This document shows, piece after piece, positions 24,887 through 37,249 of a stretch of DNA of 64,000 nt. Source of the stretch: Geosiphon pyriformis uo1 (lineage: Eukaryota > Fungi > Glomeromycota); contig JAAOMT010000727.1 in the NCBI GenBank assembly GCA_016748015.1, positions 220,203 through 284,202 of the forward strand. The letters are read 5' to 3'. The translations under genes were made by a program, and so were the position numbers. The number at the start of each line of letters is the position of its first letter. The stretch's first letter is position 1. The notes under the pieces were generated by a model. That model searched no databases and was not told the DNA's origin. It worked only from the letters and a program-made list of their open reading frames with translations.

Positions 24887-25005
24887 AAGAACATAGTGAG
24901 ATAAAGTAAGTATATTGGTGAGTGATTATAAAGAAAGTTTTTTTCAACCAGACGTCACCAAGTTAACTCAATGATAAATTTATTTTTTGATTAATTAATT
25001 TTCTT
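24400..25005. repeat. Imperfect inverted repeat (foldback), ~270-bp arms with a ~70-bp spacer
   Basis: 24400-24668 is the reverse complement of 24738-25005, e.g. CTAGAAGCAACAGTCAACAATGCATATC vs GATATGCATTATCGACTGTCACTTCTAG. Confidence 0.85.
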
Positions 25006-25266
25006 AATAAACTTAGTTTTTTTCGTGTAAGAAAGTTAATTTTTCCTTTTAGTGTCAATTTAAAAAGCGTAATCCATTTCATCTGTAAAGTTGTGAAACT
25101 TGAAATTTTTTTATAATTGTAGAAATATCTTCAGATTTTAGTAATTTAAAGTTTCAAACTTTAATATTATTTCTGAAAGTATAAAAATCTTTAAAAATCC
25201 TAGAATAACGATTTTGCTCTTAGGATAAGTTCTTAAATATGTAAATTATTCTGAATTAAGTTAAAA

Positions 25267-26882
25267 CTACTTTTGCCAAGTTCTATCAAAAGGAACAAAG
25301 CCTTCAATAGGGTTTGAAGGAACTTTTAAATTCTCATCACAATCTGTAATTATCATATCAAAATAAGGTCCATCGTGATCCTCTGGATTTTCACGCTTGT
25401 CTTTGTTAATACAATTCTAATAAAAATCCAAAATTTTATTGATAACCCAAGTTAATAACTTATAATTAAAAGTTAATAGGTTTGATAAATAAGATTTTGA
25501 AACTTTTACCTGATCCTCCTCTATAACTCCTGAAGCTGCATTGGCAGCCCCACAAATTATAACTTCATCTTTGACACCACTATGCCAAAACTCAATACCA
25601 CTCTGAAGATACTTCTCGCCTTTAGAGTCTGCTGGTTCTCGTGGGATATTATCTTGCTTATTAGTGAATCGTACAGATTTTACAAGACTTGAAACATATT
25701 TTACGTAAGCCTCGTTGCCAATCCGTGGTTTTCCAAAAGAAAATATTTCGATCGATATTGAACGCCTGAGGGTTTTGGCGAGAGAAATGGCAGTAAATTC
25801 AGCATATACTGGAAATTAATCAGATGTTTAATTTTTAATTTCTAAAATAAAGCTCATTTATTTATTCTGGACTCGATGAGGTAAAATAAACTATTTATTC
25901 TTGCTTACCACTAGCGATACCATATCCATTAAACTGGAGGGTTACTAAATTCGGGAGTGATTCAATTTTTTCTTGCAGACGTTTGATATCCTTATCTACC
26001 AATTTCAAATATTTCTGATAGAAACCATTGTGAACTTTGGCACCTGGTACGCCAGGAAGATCAACCATTTGAGAATTAACTTTTCGAAGCTCCCAAGTTA
26101 AGTTTCTTTCATCTGCGCCGAATGTTATGACACTCAATTCATTAGAATATAGGAAAAGTCCTGTAGCACAAGAAACGAGATGAAATTGAAATAGGACAGT
26201 GATACATCAGAGCAAAAAATCAAATGCAAGTTAAATTAAAAAAAACATACCACTAAATGGGCTGTTCACTTTTTTATTTGAACAATATGCGTTCCTAGCT
26301 AGCGTAGCATACTTACGAAAATTATCATATAACCATTTAGGGATGCCCTGAGATGGCTTTAGAAATATCGTACTATTCTGAGCTGTAATGGCAACTTTTT
26401 GCTCATTGTGAATTATGTTATTTAAATTAAAATTTGAAAAGGTTGTTTGTTCAGGTTCAAATATATTTTTCTTGAAACTTCCAATATTTGATTGAAAATC
26501 AGTCGCGGTGATTGATGATAAATAGGATGGATCTAGGCCAAAGTTAAACTCTTTGTTGCTATCTGTTATGTCAAAATTTAAATCCAAATTTGCCGTATTA
26601 AATAATTGCGTCCCGCTATGGCTTTAAGGCTGTTCTGAATTTTGAAAAGAGATGGCGACTCATCATGTATCTGGTTTTCGAAAATAAAGTCATCTTCGCC
26701 GTATGATTTTTTTGAAAGGATCAAAGAATCAATTCCTTCAGCGAAATTTGGTAATTCAGGGTTCGACGGATCGGTTGGCGTTAATTTGTATGTTATTGGT
26801 GAAGCCTTTATTAAGTAAAAAGAACTTGAATTCCAAAGAAAAAAAATCCAAATGTGGCACTAAATAGAAATTTCTTTGTCAT
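25267..26882 (-). pseudogene. Class-3 lipase homologue L2, 4 exons, catalytic Ser replaced by Gly; exon 1 frameshifted
   Basis: Exons 26882-26251, 26160-25909, 25808-25510, 25416-25267. Motifs RNAYC, AKVHNGF, NGYGIAS|VYA, FGKPRIGN, RFTNKQDNIP, EDHDGPYF. Frameshifts and a TAA in the signal/pro region. Confidence 0.85.
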
Positions 26883-27258
26883 GTTGAGAAATTTTTGTGT
26901 TTCTTGAGAATTTTCAATTGAAAGATAGAAAGGGTCGGCTATTTACCTCTAAAACGAGATATATGTATTAGCTTAAACTTTTTAAACTTTGGATGTAGAT
27001 TCACATAATAATTTTGTGATGAACCTTCCGTTTCAAAAGGAAAAACTTTTTTTTTTCGATCAATTCCAAACATGGGTTTTCCATTAATGAAAGACCAAGC
27101 TAACTAAAAATCTTTATTGAATAGATGCTTCATTCCGAGAATTTAACAAATATTTGATGGCTAAAATATTAGGCAGAGATTTATAGATAATCTATTTTTT
27201 GGGCGAGAAATATTGCATTCCATAAAAAGTCATTTTCATACTTCTTAATTTGATCAGT

Positions 27259-28809
27259 ATGTCCAGAATAGACTACAAATTCCTTTGCGTCATATTTTAT
27301 TTTATATTAAATTCGTTTTCAATTATATCAGAAGCAACTCCGTTGAAGAAATCCCGTTTGCCGTCAGAGGATATTCTTTTTCATGAATCGAATTTTTATT
27401 CAACCGGTACCCAAAGAAATCTTGAAAAATTTAATCAAAACTATGGAACTTTACAAAAATCACATCTCGAGTTACAACCCAAACAAGATATCTTCGAAAC
27501 AACATCATCAATGGGTGATGTAATGGGGGTTGATATTCATGATACCCTAAATTTACTATCTAGTGAAAGTTATCTGAATGGTGATCCTCAGCCATCAGAG
27601 AATTTCTCCCAAGGGTCTGATGGCGCTCAATTTAATCCTATTGAGGAATCGCTATATGATGCATCTTTTCCTATTTCATCATTGCCAGCCGATTCTTTCA
27701 ATTTCGAAAATGATGATTACCACTTGGAATTTAATCAAGCGCCTAAAGTCGAAAGCGGTTCAGAAAATTTCTTAATGGCAACATCAAATCAACTGGATAT
27801 TTTTACGCAATGGGTTCCCAAACGTGTCAATGAAACAGCATTGAGCGAATTTACTAGATATGCTAAAATCGCGAGAGCGGCATATTGTCAAAAGGAAAAT
27901 ATAGAGAATAAGGTTTTTGGTAATTAATAAAATATTTATTTTCATTGATTTCTATCGAATTTGTTTTTATAGTTTAATTAGAATGTATATTTATAATCTC
28001 TAGTGGGTGTTTTAAAAGGAACAGGACCCCGGAATCATAGCATTCTCGACGAAGGAAAATGATTTAGAAAATGGGCTTAAACCATCAATGGTATCAATGA
28101 TTGATTATACCGCAATTCGTGGTGCAAGAATTAATAAAATATTTTACGAAAGGTATAAGATTTTTGAACAGAGCACTTTGGGTTATCTTATAAAATATTT
28201 AAAGAAAAATCAACAATGGAAAGCAATTTATTTTATTGGATTCGGGTTTAGTGCTGGTAAGTCATTAAAAAATAAACATATTTTGAGATTTAATTAAAAT
28301 TTTATTAAATCAATTTTTTCAAAACTAGTATTTGCTGAATTAACAGCAGTAGCCTTAAAACATTTTTTACCTAAATCCGTCCAATTGCATCTTTATTCAT
28401 TCGGCAAACCAAGAGTTGGAAACGGAATTTGGGCAACCCATGTAGGGCAAATTGCAATTAGCATTCGATTCACAAATCAACATGATTTAGTTGTCCGATT
28501 ACCAATTGCTTCCAATGATAAGGAAAAATATGTACACTGTGGGACAGAAATATGGAATAGTAGTCCTAATGGACCAGTATATTCTTGTCCAGAAGTTGAA
28601 GTTCCTGGTGGCCTAATTGAGAACGAAGTAAGTTAACTTTTTGAAATATTATATTGTAATATCATTCTAAATTTTAAATAATTTTGCAGAATTGTGTTAA
28701 AAAGGAAGGAAAAGCTGTTGCAATGGATAATCTTGGACCTTATTTTGGTGTGTTGATGAATCAATGTAGGGAAGATGACCCGGTATCATTTTGGATCTTA
28801 ACGGAATGA
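27259..28809 (+). CDS. Secreted class-3 lipase homologue L3, 4 exons, Ser to Gly and His to Asn; possible +1 frameshift
   Basis: Signal peptide MSRIDYKFLCVIFYFILNSFSIISEA. Exons 27259-27919, 28004-28256, 28329-28627, 28690-28809. Motifs RAAYC, IGFGFSA|VFA, FGKPRVGN, RFTNQHDLV, MDNLGPYF. Extra C in GGACCCCGG (~28027-30). Confidence 0.8.
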
Positions 28810-29868
28810 ACTTGAACTTAAATGATGAAAAAATTATCTAATTGTGAATGGACAATTAAAATTGCTAAAAAATTCTAAACCACATTTATTATGAAATAAA
28901 GCATTATGTTGGAAAGATAATATAGAAATAAATCTTAAGTGTTTTGAATAAAAGATTGATATAATTTTACTACTTTCAATGATTCTTTACGAGTTTTATC
29001 TGCATCAAAAATTATATACTAATAAAAAACAAAACTTTTAATATTTGTGCATTTTTGTGCGCAAAAGTCAATTTGATGGGGAATTTTTAAATTATCATTA
29101 ATTTTAAATAATTTTAAAACATACCATGAGATTTGGAATATCTTTAATAATGTTACTAATTAATTTTTATTTTTAATAGAATTGGAAAAACAAAAACAAT
29201 TTTTGTCTTTCTAATAAGAATATGTCTAGATCAAGTAAATAATATTTTCGACAAGTTTCTTCATTTGATTTTCCAAGTTTCATGCCTTTGAAATTTGATC
29301 CTGTTCTATTTTTTCCAGATTTATTGATTTTTTCATGTGTTTTTGAGATTATTTTTGATATTTTCGTATTTCTCAATCTTCCCTTCATTTCCAACTATTT
29401 AGAATATCACTAAAATTAACAAAATCTTTATAAAATTCAAAAAAGCGATTTTATTTTAAGTTTTATTATGGTGGTTTATCTATTAATGAAGCAAAACTAT
29501 TGCTTCTATATAAAAAATAAACGCAATCTTAGTTGGAATAAAAAATACAAGTTTTCATTCTAATCTTCAACATATAATATTGATAAATAATAATGGAATT
29601 AGGCTTCAACTTGTCGATTGTGTTTAGAAAATGATTTTATATAGCAATCATTCACTCTATTTTCTTTAATCGAGACATTAAAATAAATTTGAATTTTACG
29701 GCACGTTGTTTAGTAGATTTCACTTTGGTTTATTTTATAAAATAAGCATGAAAATCTAAATTCCTTTGATTTCAATTGGGGGTATATATCCTTTTTCAAA
29801 AATCCCATAAAAATAAAATGAATTCGCCTATTTGCTTGATATGAGTGATATTCAAAACGTGAAAAGAT

Positions 29869-31369
29869 TTATAATTTTCCACAATCTGACATTCTTATGC
29901 CAAAATAAGGTCCAGGATGATCTTCAGGGTTTTTTGACGGTTCGCTGTTAATACAAAGCTAAAGAAAAGGCAGGAAAATTCAATAATGTGAAACATAAGT
30001 TTCATATCCTTCACTCTATTTATTAAAAAAATTTATCTTACATTATTTTCACCAGCAACAACATTTCCAAGCTGACACCATATCGCGTCTCCCTTCGGGG
30101 TCGACCAAATTTCGATGCCACTATGCATAAATTTTGTATTCTGGTATTTAACTGGAATTCGCGGGGCGTCATCCTTTTTATTAGTGAATCTTAATACTTT
30201 AGAAACTTTATTCATTCTAATCGCAAATTCTTCATTGCCGATTCGCGGCTGACCATATGATATAACGTATATGGAATGATTTGTGGTGAGAAGTCTGGAA
30301 AGATCAAACGCTGCAAATTGAGCGTACGCTTGAAATGACAAATTTGGTCAAGAAATTCCAAAATCGTCAAAAATTTGAAGATACTATCTTTGAAAATTCG
30401 ATAAATAGTTAAAATTAGAATTACCACCACCCAGACCATAACCAAAAAATCCAATCCGAAAATTTGATGGTTGTGTATCAGCATAATCAGCAATTTCTTG
30501 AATAATACGTTTTCGAAATGGAAGATAAGTTTCATATAAATTTTTGTGAATTTTGACACCCGGTAGGTCTGGATAATTTATTAACTCTGCTTCATCTTCT
30601 TTCATTGTTTTTTCAAAATTTTCTTCGTTGCCAGCGAAGACGACCAAGATCCCGTTATTGTCTCGAGTTCCGGAAACTTTTTGATTCAATAGTCAATATT
30701 TAAGAAACATATATTTTGTAATTAAAACAATTTTTTTTCACCTGACATTTTCTCAGTTGTATCATTTAACCGTTTGCGTGCACAATAACCAGCTTTTGTT
30801 GCCTTTGCAAATTTTTTGAATAGCTCAGCTTCTTGTGGACTTACTGATATCATTACGGCTTGTTTTGAATTGTTGCTATCATCAAGAACAGAAATTTTGG
30901 GTAACTTGAATGGAAGGAAATATGCTGATGTTAAATTGGTAAAATCTTGGTTGCTTTGGAATTTTGGAAGTGTGGTCCCTGGTAATGTTAATGAATATGA
31001 TGGATCTAATGAAGATGTGGTTTCATCATCAAAATAATTTTTCGCCGCAGGAAATTTCGTTTGATCAATTAAATTATCATCAACTTTTGATAGGATCTGT
31101 TCATCTGCCTGACTCATTTCTAAATCTATAGATTCTAAAATATTCGTCGGAGATTCATTTGGAAATAATGAATCACCATCACTCAGAGTGAAATTAGTTT
31201 GTGGATTCTCGTGCAGTAACGCTAATTCATCTAATAAGGTGCTACTAATATCTAATGAAAACACCGAATTAATTAAATGAATTGGTTTAGATTGAACATT
31301 CAACAAAAAATTGCAAGATATAATCAATGAAAGGTGGAATAAATAAAGTTTCAAAACTGGGTTCGACAT
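29869..31369 (-). CDS. Secreted class-3 lipase homologue L4, 4 exons, intact ORF, catalytic Ser replaced by Gly
   Basis: Signal peptide MSNPVLKLYLFHLSLIISCNFLLNVQS. Exons 31369-30742, 30676-30425, 30328-30042, 29958-29869. Motifs KAGYC, VKIHKNL, FGYGLGG|AYA, YGQPRIGN, RFTNKKDDAP, EDHPGPYF. Confidence 0.9.
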
Positions 31370-33489
31370 TTTTTGATATCAGCTTTTAATTATAAAATTG
31401 ATTGATATTTTGTCTTTTATTAAGTCAAGAGCGCGTTTAGATAGAAAATATATTTATATAGAGACGACTTACAATAAGTTGATTTTAGTATTTAAAAATT
31501 GTAATGAAACTTTACAAACTGATCGAAAATCATCGGAAAAACCCAAACAAGCACATGTTTTGATTCATTTTGTAAAGAGGATTAACATAAGAAAAATTTT
31601 TTGCTTTTAATTTTAATTTCGATTTTTCACATGCCTTATTGATAAATAATGCAGAAAATAGCCATGGAAAATTGATCTTAAAATTCTTGATTTGAGAAGC
31701 CATTATACAAATGTCGACTGAAAGTTTTTCTTTATTAAATTATTTATTCTACTTTCTCTCTTCATTCAATAATCCCCCAAACATAGAGAAAAGATTGGAT
31801 ATCAATCAAAAAGAATAGTTTTCATTCTAAAATATTGAAAAAAATCTCAAATTCGAAATTTTTGTTTTGTTTATAATTATTTTTAATAACATCAAATTTA
31901 ATATATGAAAATTTTTCAGATATTCCTGGACTTGTGAACTGTTTATAATGATACATATATAATATTTTTTTCTATTACCAATCAAATTAGTAATTAGACT
32001 GAAAAATAATTTATTAAGCCATTAGATGATATATGTGTTAATTGTTCCTAAAGCATATTTCGTAACATTACACTAATGATCCAATGTATTGGGATATTGG
32101 CATAATTTGAGGATCGATGAAGAGCCTGAAATGAAGATAGAATAATTTTTGAAGAATTCCAAGGCTAGTATTTTTCCCTACCACTTTGATGATATCATCG
32201 AGGTTAACTTTCCCTCAGCTTGATCATTTATCTCATTATTTAATTAGTACTGTATATTTATTGATACAATTTGCAAATAGCTTAGTTTCAAACCAACTTT
32301 TAACCATTATCTTTTTTACAATATTATCTATTTGACATGTTTGGGGCTATCAAATTTCAGAGAGGGAACTGTTCTTTGACCCTAAAATATTTTGATTCCA
32401 TTGATAAAGAATAGCTTAAGTTCAGTAAAAGAATTTTCCAGAATGTGTACATAAGTCTAATTCAACTTCCTTCTAGATTATTATTTTTATAGCTCAGTAT
32501 GTTTAAATTCATATTTTGAACACTTCTTGAAAGATAAAGACTTCAAAACTCTTTAATGAATAAGGGAAGAAAGAATTTAACTCTCTAATAACGAAAAACT
32601 TTAGGCTCAGGATGGAATTCAAAAATGAGCAGTAAATTAATTCAGGCCTTAAAAGCCTTTTTTTCTATTTATTTAAATTCCCATTCAAAAAAAAAGTGGA
32701 ATCAAGAAGTATCCTTTAAAAAATACATTTTGGAAAACAATTTAGATTAGAAAATTATTTTATAAATGTACAAACATACATTATATGTAATACAACGTTT
32801 TTTGGCATTATCATATCATATTAGTGTTTCTACCTCTTTGAACACAAGTTAAAGAAATAAAGAAAAGTTGTCATAGAAAACCTCATGAAAATTTATTTTT
32901 GTAATTTTTATTGGCTTTTCATTAAATTTTAAAATTTCTACGAAAAAGCGGGTTAGAAAATCTTTTTTTTTTATTTTCGAATTATTTTTAGCTTATCAAT
33001 ATGATTAAAAGTTTTTACAGCTAATTACAAAAAAAGTAATATATGCAAAAGTTTTATCAGTGATAAGTTTGATATCTTGAGATTATAAAGTTTATAACTT
33101 TTCTAAAATACACCTATTGACAACAACATGGTCGATTAATTTTTTTTATTCAAACTACATGTACATAGTTTGTTTGATAGAAACTTTCGAAACTCAAAAT
33201 GAAAGAAGATTCGGCTTAAATTTATAATAAACGGGAATTTTTTTTTCAAATACCCAAGCAAAACATTTAATTAATCGAATTGGTGTAATAAAATAAATCT
33301 ACTTATAACATCGCAGTCATTACTTGCAAATTTCTTTTGGAATTCTGAAATTAAAAATCATTATATTAAGTTTATACTTTATTAAAATATTATATGCTTC
33401 ACAAAATTTTACAACTATATTTATAGAATATTATTAAGTTATATTTATAATATGTATAATATATATATATATATATAAAGGGTTTAATA

Positions 33490-36400
33490 TCACAAATATG
33501 TTTGATTCATGTAAGGTGGAGGGGAAGGTGATGCCCTTATCATTGATTCTGTAATACTTCCATCAGTTGCGGCAATAGGTGGTAGACTGACGTCTTGCGA
33601 TTGATAAATCAAGGCGGTTAAAGGTTTATGCGATCTTTGTGGTGAGTCGGACGATTGAACATGAGTACTAGATACTGGATGAGCTACAGAAAGTGGTGAT
33701 AATGCCCTTATAGAATTGTTCTGGCCTTGGGAGCTGAGCGACGGAGGATCAGTGAATGATGGCCGTGGATTGAATTTTTGAGCAACTGGTAGTGGTATTG
33801 TGGATATGTTACACGAAGAAATTACTGGAGCTGGAGTAATAGAATGGTAATTAAAATATATTTTCAAAGATTTTATAGAAATCAAAAATTCTAATGAACC
33901 TGTTATATCTCGGAGAATCGTAGCCTTCATCATAGCCTTCATCCAGTCTTTAGTTTTCTCTGCGTCTTCATGGGCAAAAAAGTACATCCGTTCAATTTCG
34001 TGAACGGCTCGGAACCCATACTTGCCTGGATATATATTTTCATCTGGAATTATCTTATACCCAGTCAAATTAATTTTGCCTTTGATTCTTGGATCTTGGG
34101 GATCCTAAGTTTTTAAATTGTCAATTAAAATAACAATGAAAATACAACTTGAATAATAGCTTATCCTGATTCTGCTTGACATTTACCACTTTTCCTATTT
34201 TGTTACTCTTTAAGTAATATAAATAAACACCCTTCAGTATACAAAAGCGAGTTTTCCACGTCTTATATTTTTCTCCTTGCTTTTTGATCCATCCTTCATG
34301 ATCAGGGACGCCAATCGAAGCAAGAATTTCTTCGTCAGTACTCTCATGGCGATTATTACTATATTTTATTTGGGAGCTAGGATATCTTTCAAAGTGACCT
34401 CTGCATTACAAGATAATTGATTATAACACTGAATAAAAAATTTTCAAAGTAAAAGTAAACCTAAATTTTTGAACTTACGTTTCTCCGATATGCTTGCTGA
34501 GTGGAAGATTACCTGGATCCTAACAGTTTTCATCCGTATCAGATATTAGAACATTAATTTACTACAAGTAGAAACTGTGAATTAAATACCATTGAATTTG
34601 GTGACACGGTATGAAATTTTTTCTTGTTGGATCCGTCAACTCTGACAATTGCCCGTGAATTGGACGTTTTACTTTTAGGCCCTATATCACGTTCACGGTA
34701 TGATTCCATTTCCGTTTCAATTCTTTCCAGCTCTTTAATCGCATCTTCTTCCTCTTCCTAAAGATTTTTAAGAAAAAATGAATTTCCACATAAAAGAAAT
34801 TTAATAATTTATGTTTTATTTTGAACACTCACCAACAAAAAATCCCAACCCTGAGTTGATTGTGCACGCACATGAGCTGGTAGGGATAAGGCTTTACTGT
34901 CATTCCTGGCAAAATGACCGAGGCGTGAAAGTATTTGGGAACGTGCTTTATTGTTTGCGCCACTAGGAGCGGTCGCAAAAATATTCTAAAAAGTGAATTA
35001 CCGCGCTCATTATTTGGTTATAGAACTTATAATTTTTTTAATGTCAGCTACGAAAATTGTGTGAAAACTTACAGTGTATACACTGTTGACATCCGTGAAC
35101 CGGTCTTTAGTTTCGATTGGTTGTTCGGGGATAAGGCTATAGGTTTGTTTGTTCACATGAAATCTAAGATTTTCCGAAACAATACTATTTGTTTTATTGA
35201 ATGAAGACTGCGGAGTATTTTTAAACATGCTACTTGTCAATGTGCTAGAAGGTGGTGGAATACGAGCAAAATTTTGCTCTTCCTGATACTGCTGTTTAAG
35301 TCGTTCTTTTTCTTTATGCTGATCTCGCAATACTTTTTCTTCTCGCTTTATTCGCTCTAAATAATTTTGTCTTTCTTTTTCTTGATTTATTTGCCCTTGG
35401 CGCTGTTGTTTGAAATTGTTGTCTCGAAGGCTGCCACTAATATGATGATGCAGGTTGCCGCTATATGACTTATCACCTTTATTTTTGTGCGATGCGACAG
35501 CAATGGAATGCCGTGATGGGGCTCCCATTTTATTGGCATTACTTATGATGTTAGATTGTCCATACATTGTACTTGTCTTGTGGGTTGTTTGATTTGAATT
35601 TAATAATGTAGTTGTTACATCTGAATTCGGCCCAACATTAGCATATGATCTTCGATTCTTTCGTTTCAATTTAAACGGGAAGGTTAATGAATTGTAAATT
35701 TCATGTATTCAAGTCTGAGAAACATTTTTTACGCACCTTCTTAAAGGCATCCTGTGGTATCTCATCAATTAGTTGATGTTGTGCTTTTAATTCACCAATC
35801 GCATTCATCATTTTAACGCGTTTCCCAAATGATGCTATGCTCAATTCTTTCAAGGTATTCAAATTGAGATCTAATAATATATCACCAGTGATGTCATTAT
35901 CTGAAATAAATTCCCTTTGGTTAGTGATTGATTCTTAATCACATGTCGTTCAAAACCAGCGATCTTGTCAAAAAATTGTAGAACCTACCAATAAACTGAT
36001 TAATTAATGTTTCGAACCCCTTTTCACGCAACCAGCTACACACCTGATCTACATCCCAGTTTAACGGATGATCCCCTGGCGTGCTGGAAGCGATTGATTT
36101 TGTATCATAATTAGAAGAATCTGAGATTGAAGAAGAATCACTCATTCTTTTACTGAATTCAGCTCGATTAATTTCATAATTTAATTTGGTCGCTGAAAAA
36201 GAAGGGCTCTGAGGTAGGGTTGGTGAATCTTGAATAGTTTGAAGTAATTCAACCTCGGGCTGTTGATATTGCTTTTGTTGTTGATTTTGCGAGTGGTTCA
36301 TTGCCTGTGGTGACAAAATGTTTTTTATTGAATTGTTACTGGCACGTGGATCACGTTGACTAGGATGATAAATACCAGTTCCAATACGCGGGCTACTATT

Positions 36401-37249
36401 AACACTATTACTGGTAATACTACTTCCATCACTGTTTGACTGACTAATTGAAACATTTGTATTGTGTGAAGAGTGTGATGAAGTTGGACGAAGAGACTTT
36501 TGAAAAGAATCTTTTTTTTCCATATCAAGTCCCTCTAATTCAACCGATTGAGATTTATTCTTATTCCCCTCATGATTAATACTAATATTAGATTTTTTGT
36601 TTGAGGAGGTGGAAATTCTGTTTCCATGGTTGACGGCAGTATTTTTTTGGAAATTTTTGACAACCTGATTGGAATCGCTGAATCCTGTTCTTGGTATTGA
36701 TAATGACTCTGTTGGTGAGTTTGGCATATGTTGCGAAATAGGGCGCGAGAGGGTGCTGTCATTAACATTAGTCATAATGGCCAATGTACTTATTGTGCTA
36801 ATTGTATTTGCTATACTATGTGTACGTAGACCTCCAACCGTTCGGATTCTAGAGTACCTGGGCTCTTCTTCTGAAGATCGAACTATTTCGGTTTGTGAAA
36901 TATCTTCAGCATTATTATTGACATTATTCATAGAATATCGTGAATGAGGTTTCTCAGGACTAGTGTAATTCATCGGAAAGAGTCCAGTTTGGCCACGGAT
37001 GTTTTGTCCCTATTATTTCAAGTTTTCATATCATTAATATTTTGAAAAAAATGATTTAACTGCAAATTCGAAATATGAATTGGCTAAATTAAAGGAAAAT
37101 GTGATTGCCTGCCACCATCCATCGCCAAACATTTCATCTTTCTCGAAAATAATAATTGGTTCACCGGCTTCAAAAGATAGCTCATCTGGACGTTCTGCCT
37201 CAAAAGTGTGTGTAGCATATACTGTTTCAAGAGGTGCTAATTTTTCCAT
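33490..37249 (-). CDS. BOI2: Polar growth scaffold Boi1/Boi2 (S. pombe Pob1) homologue: SH3-SAM-PH, multi-exon
   Basis: SH3 (HTFEAERPDELSF...GDGWWQ|GQNIRGQTGLFPMNY), SAM (WDVDQVCSWL...ITGDILLDL...FGKRVK), PH (EGWIKKQG...WKTRF...YGFR...WMKAMMKA), then APVISSC. Confidence 0.92.
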
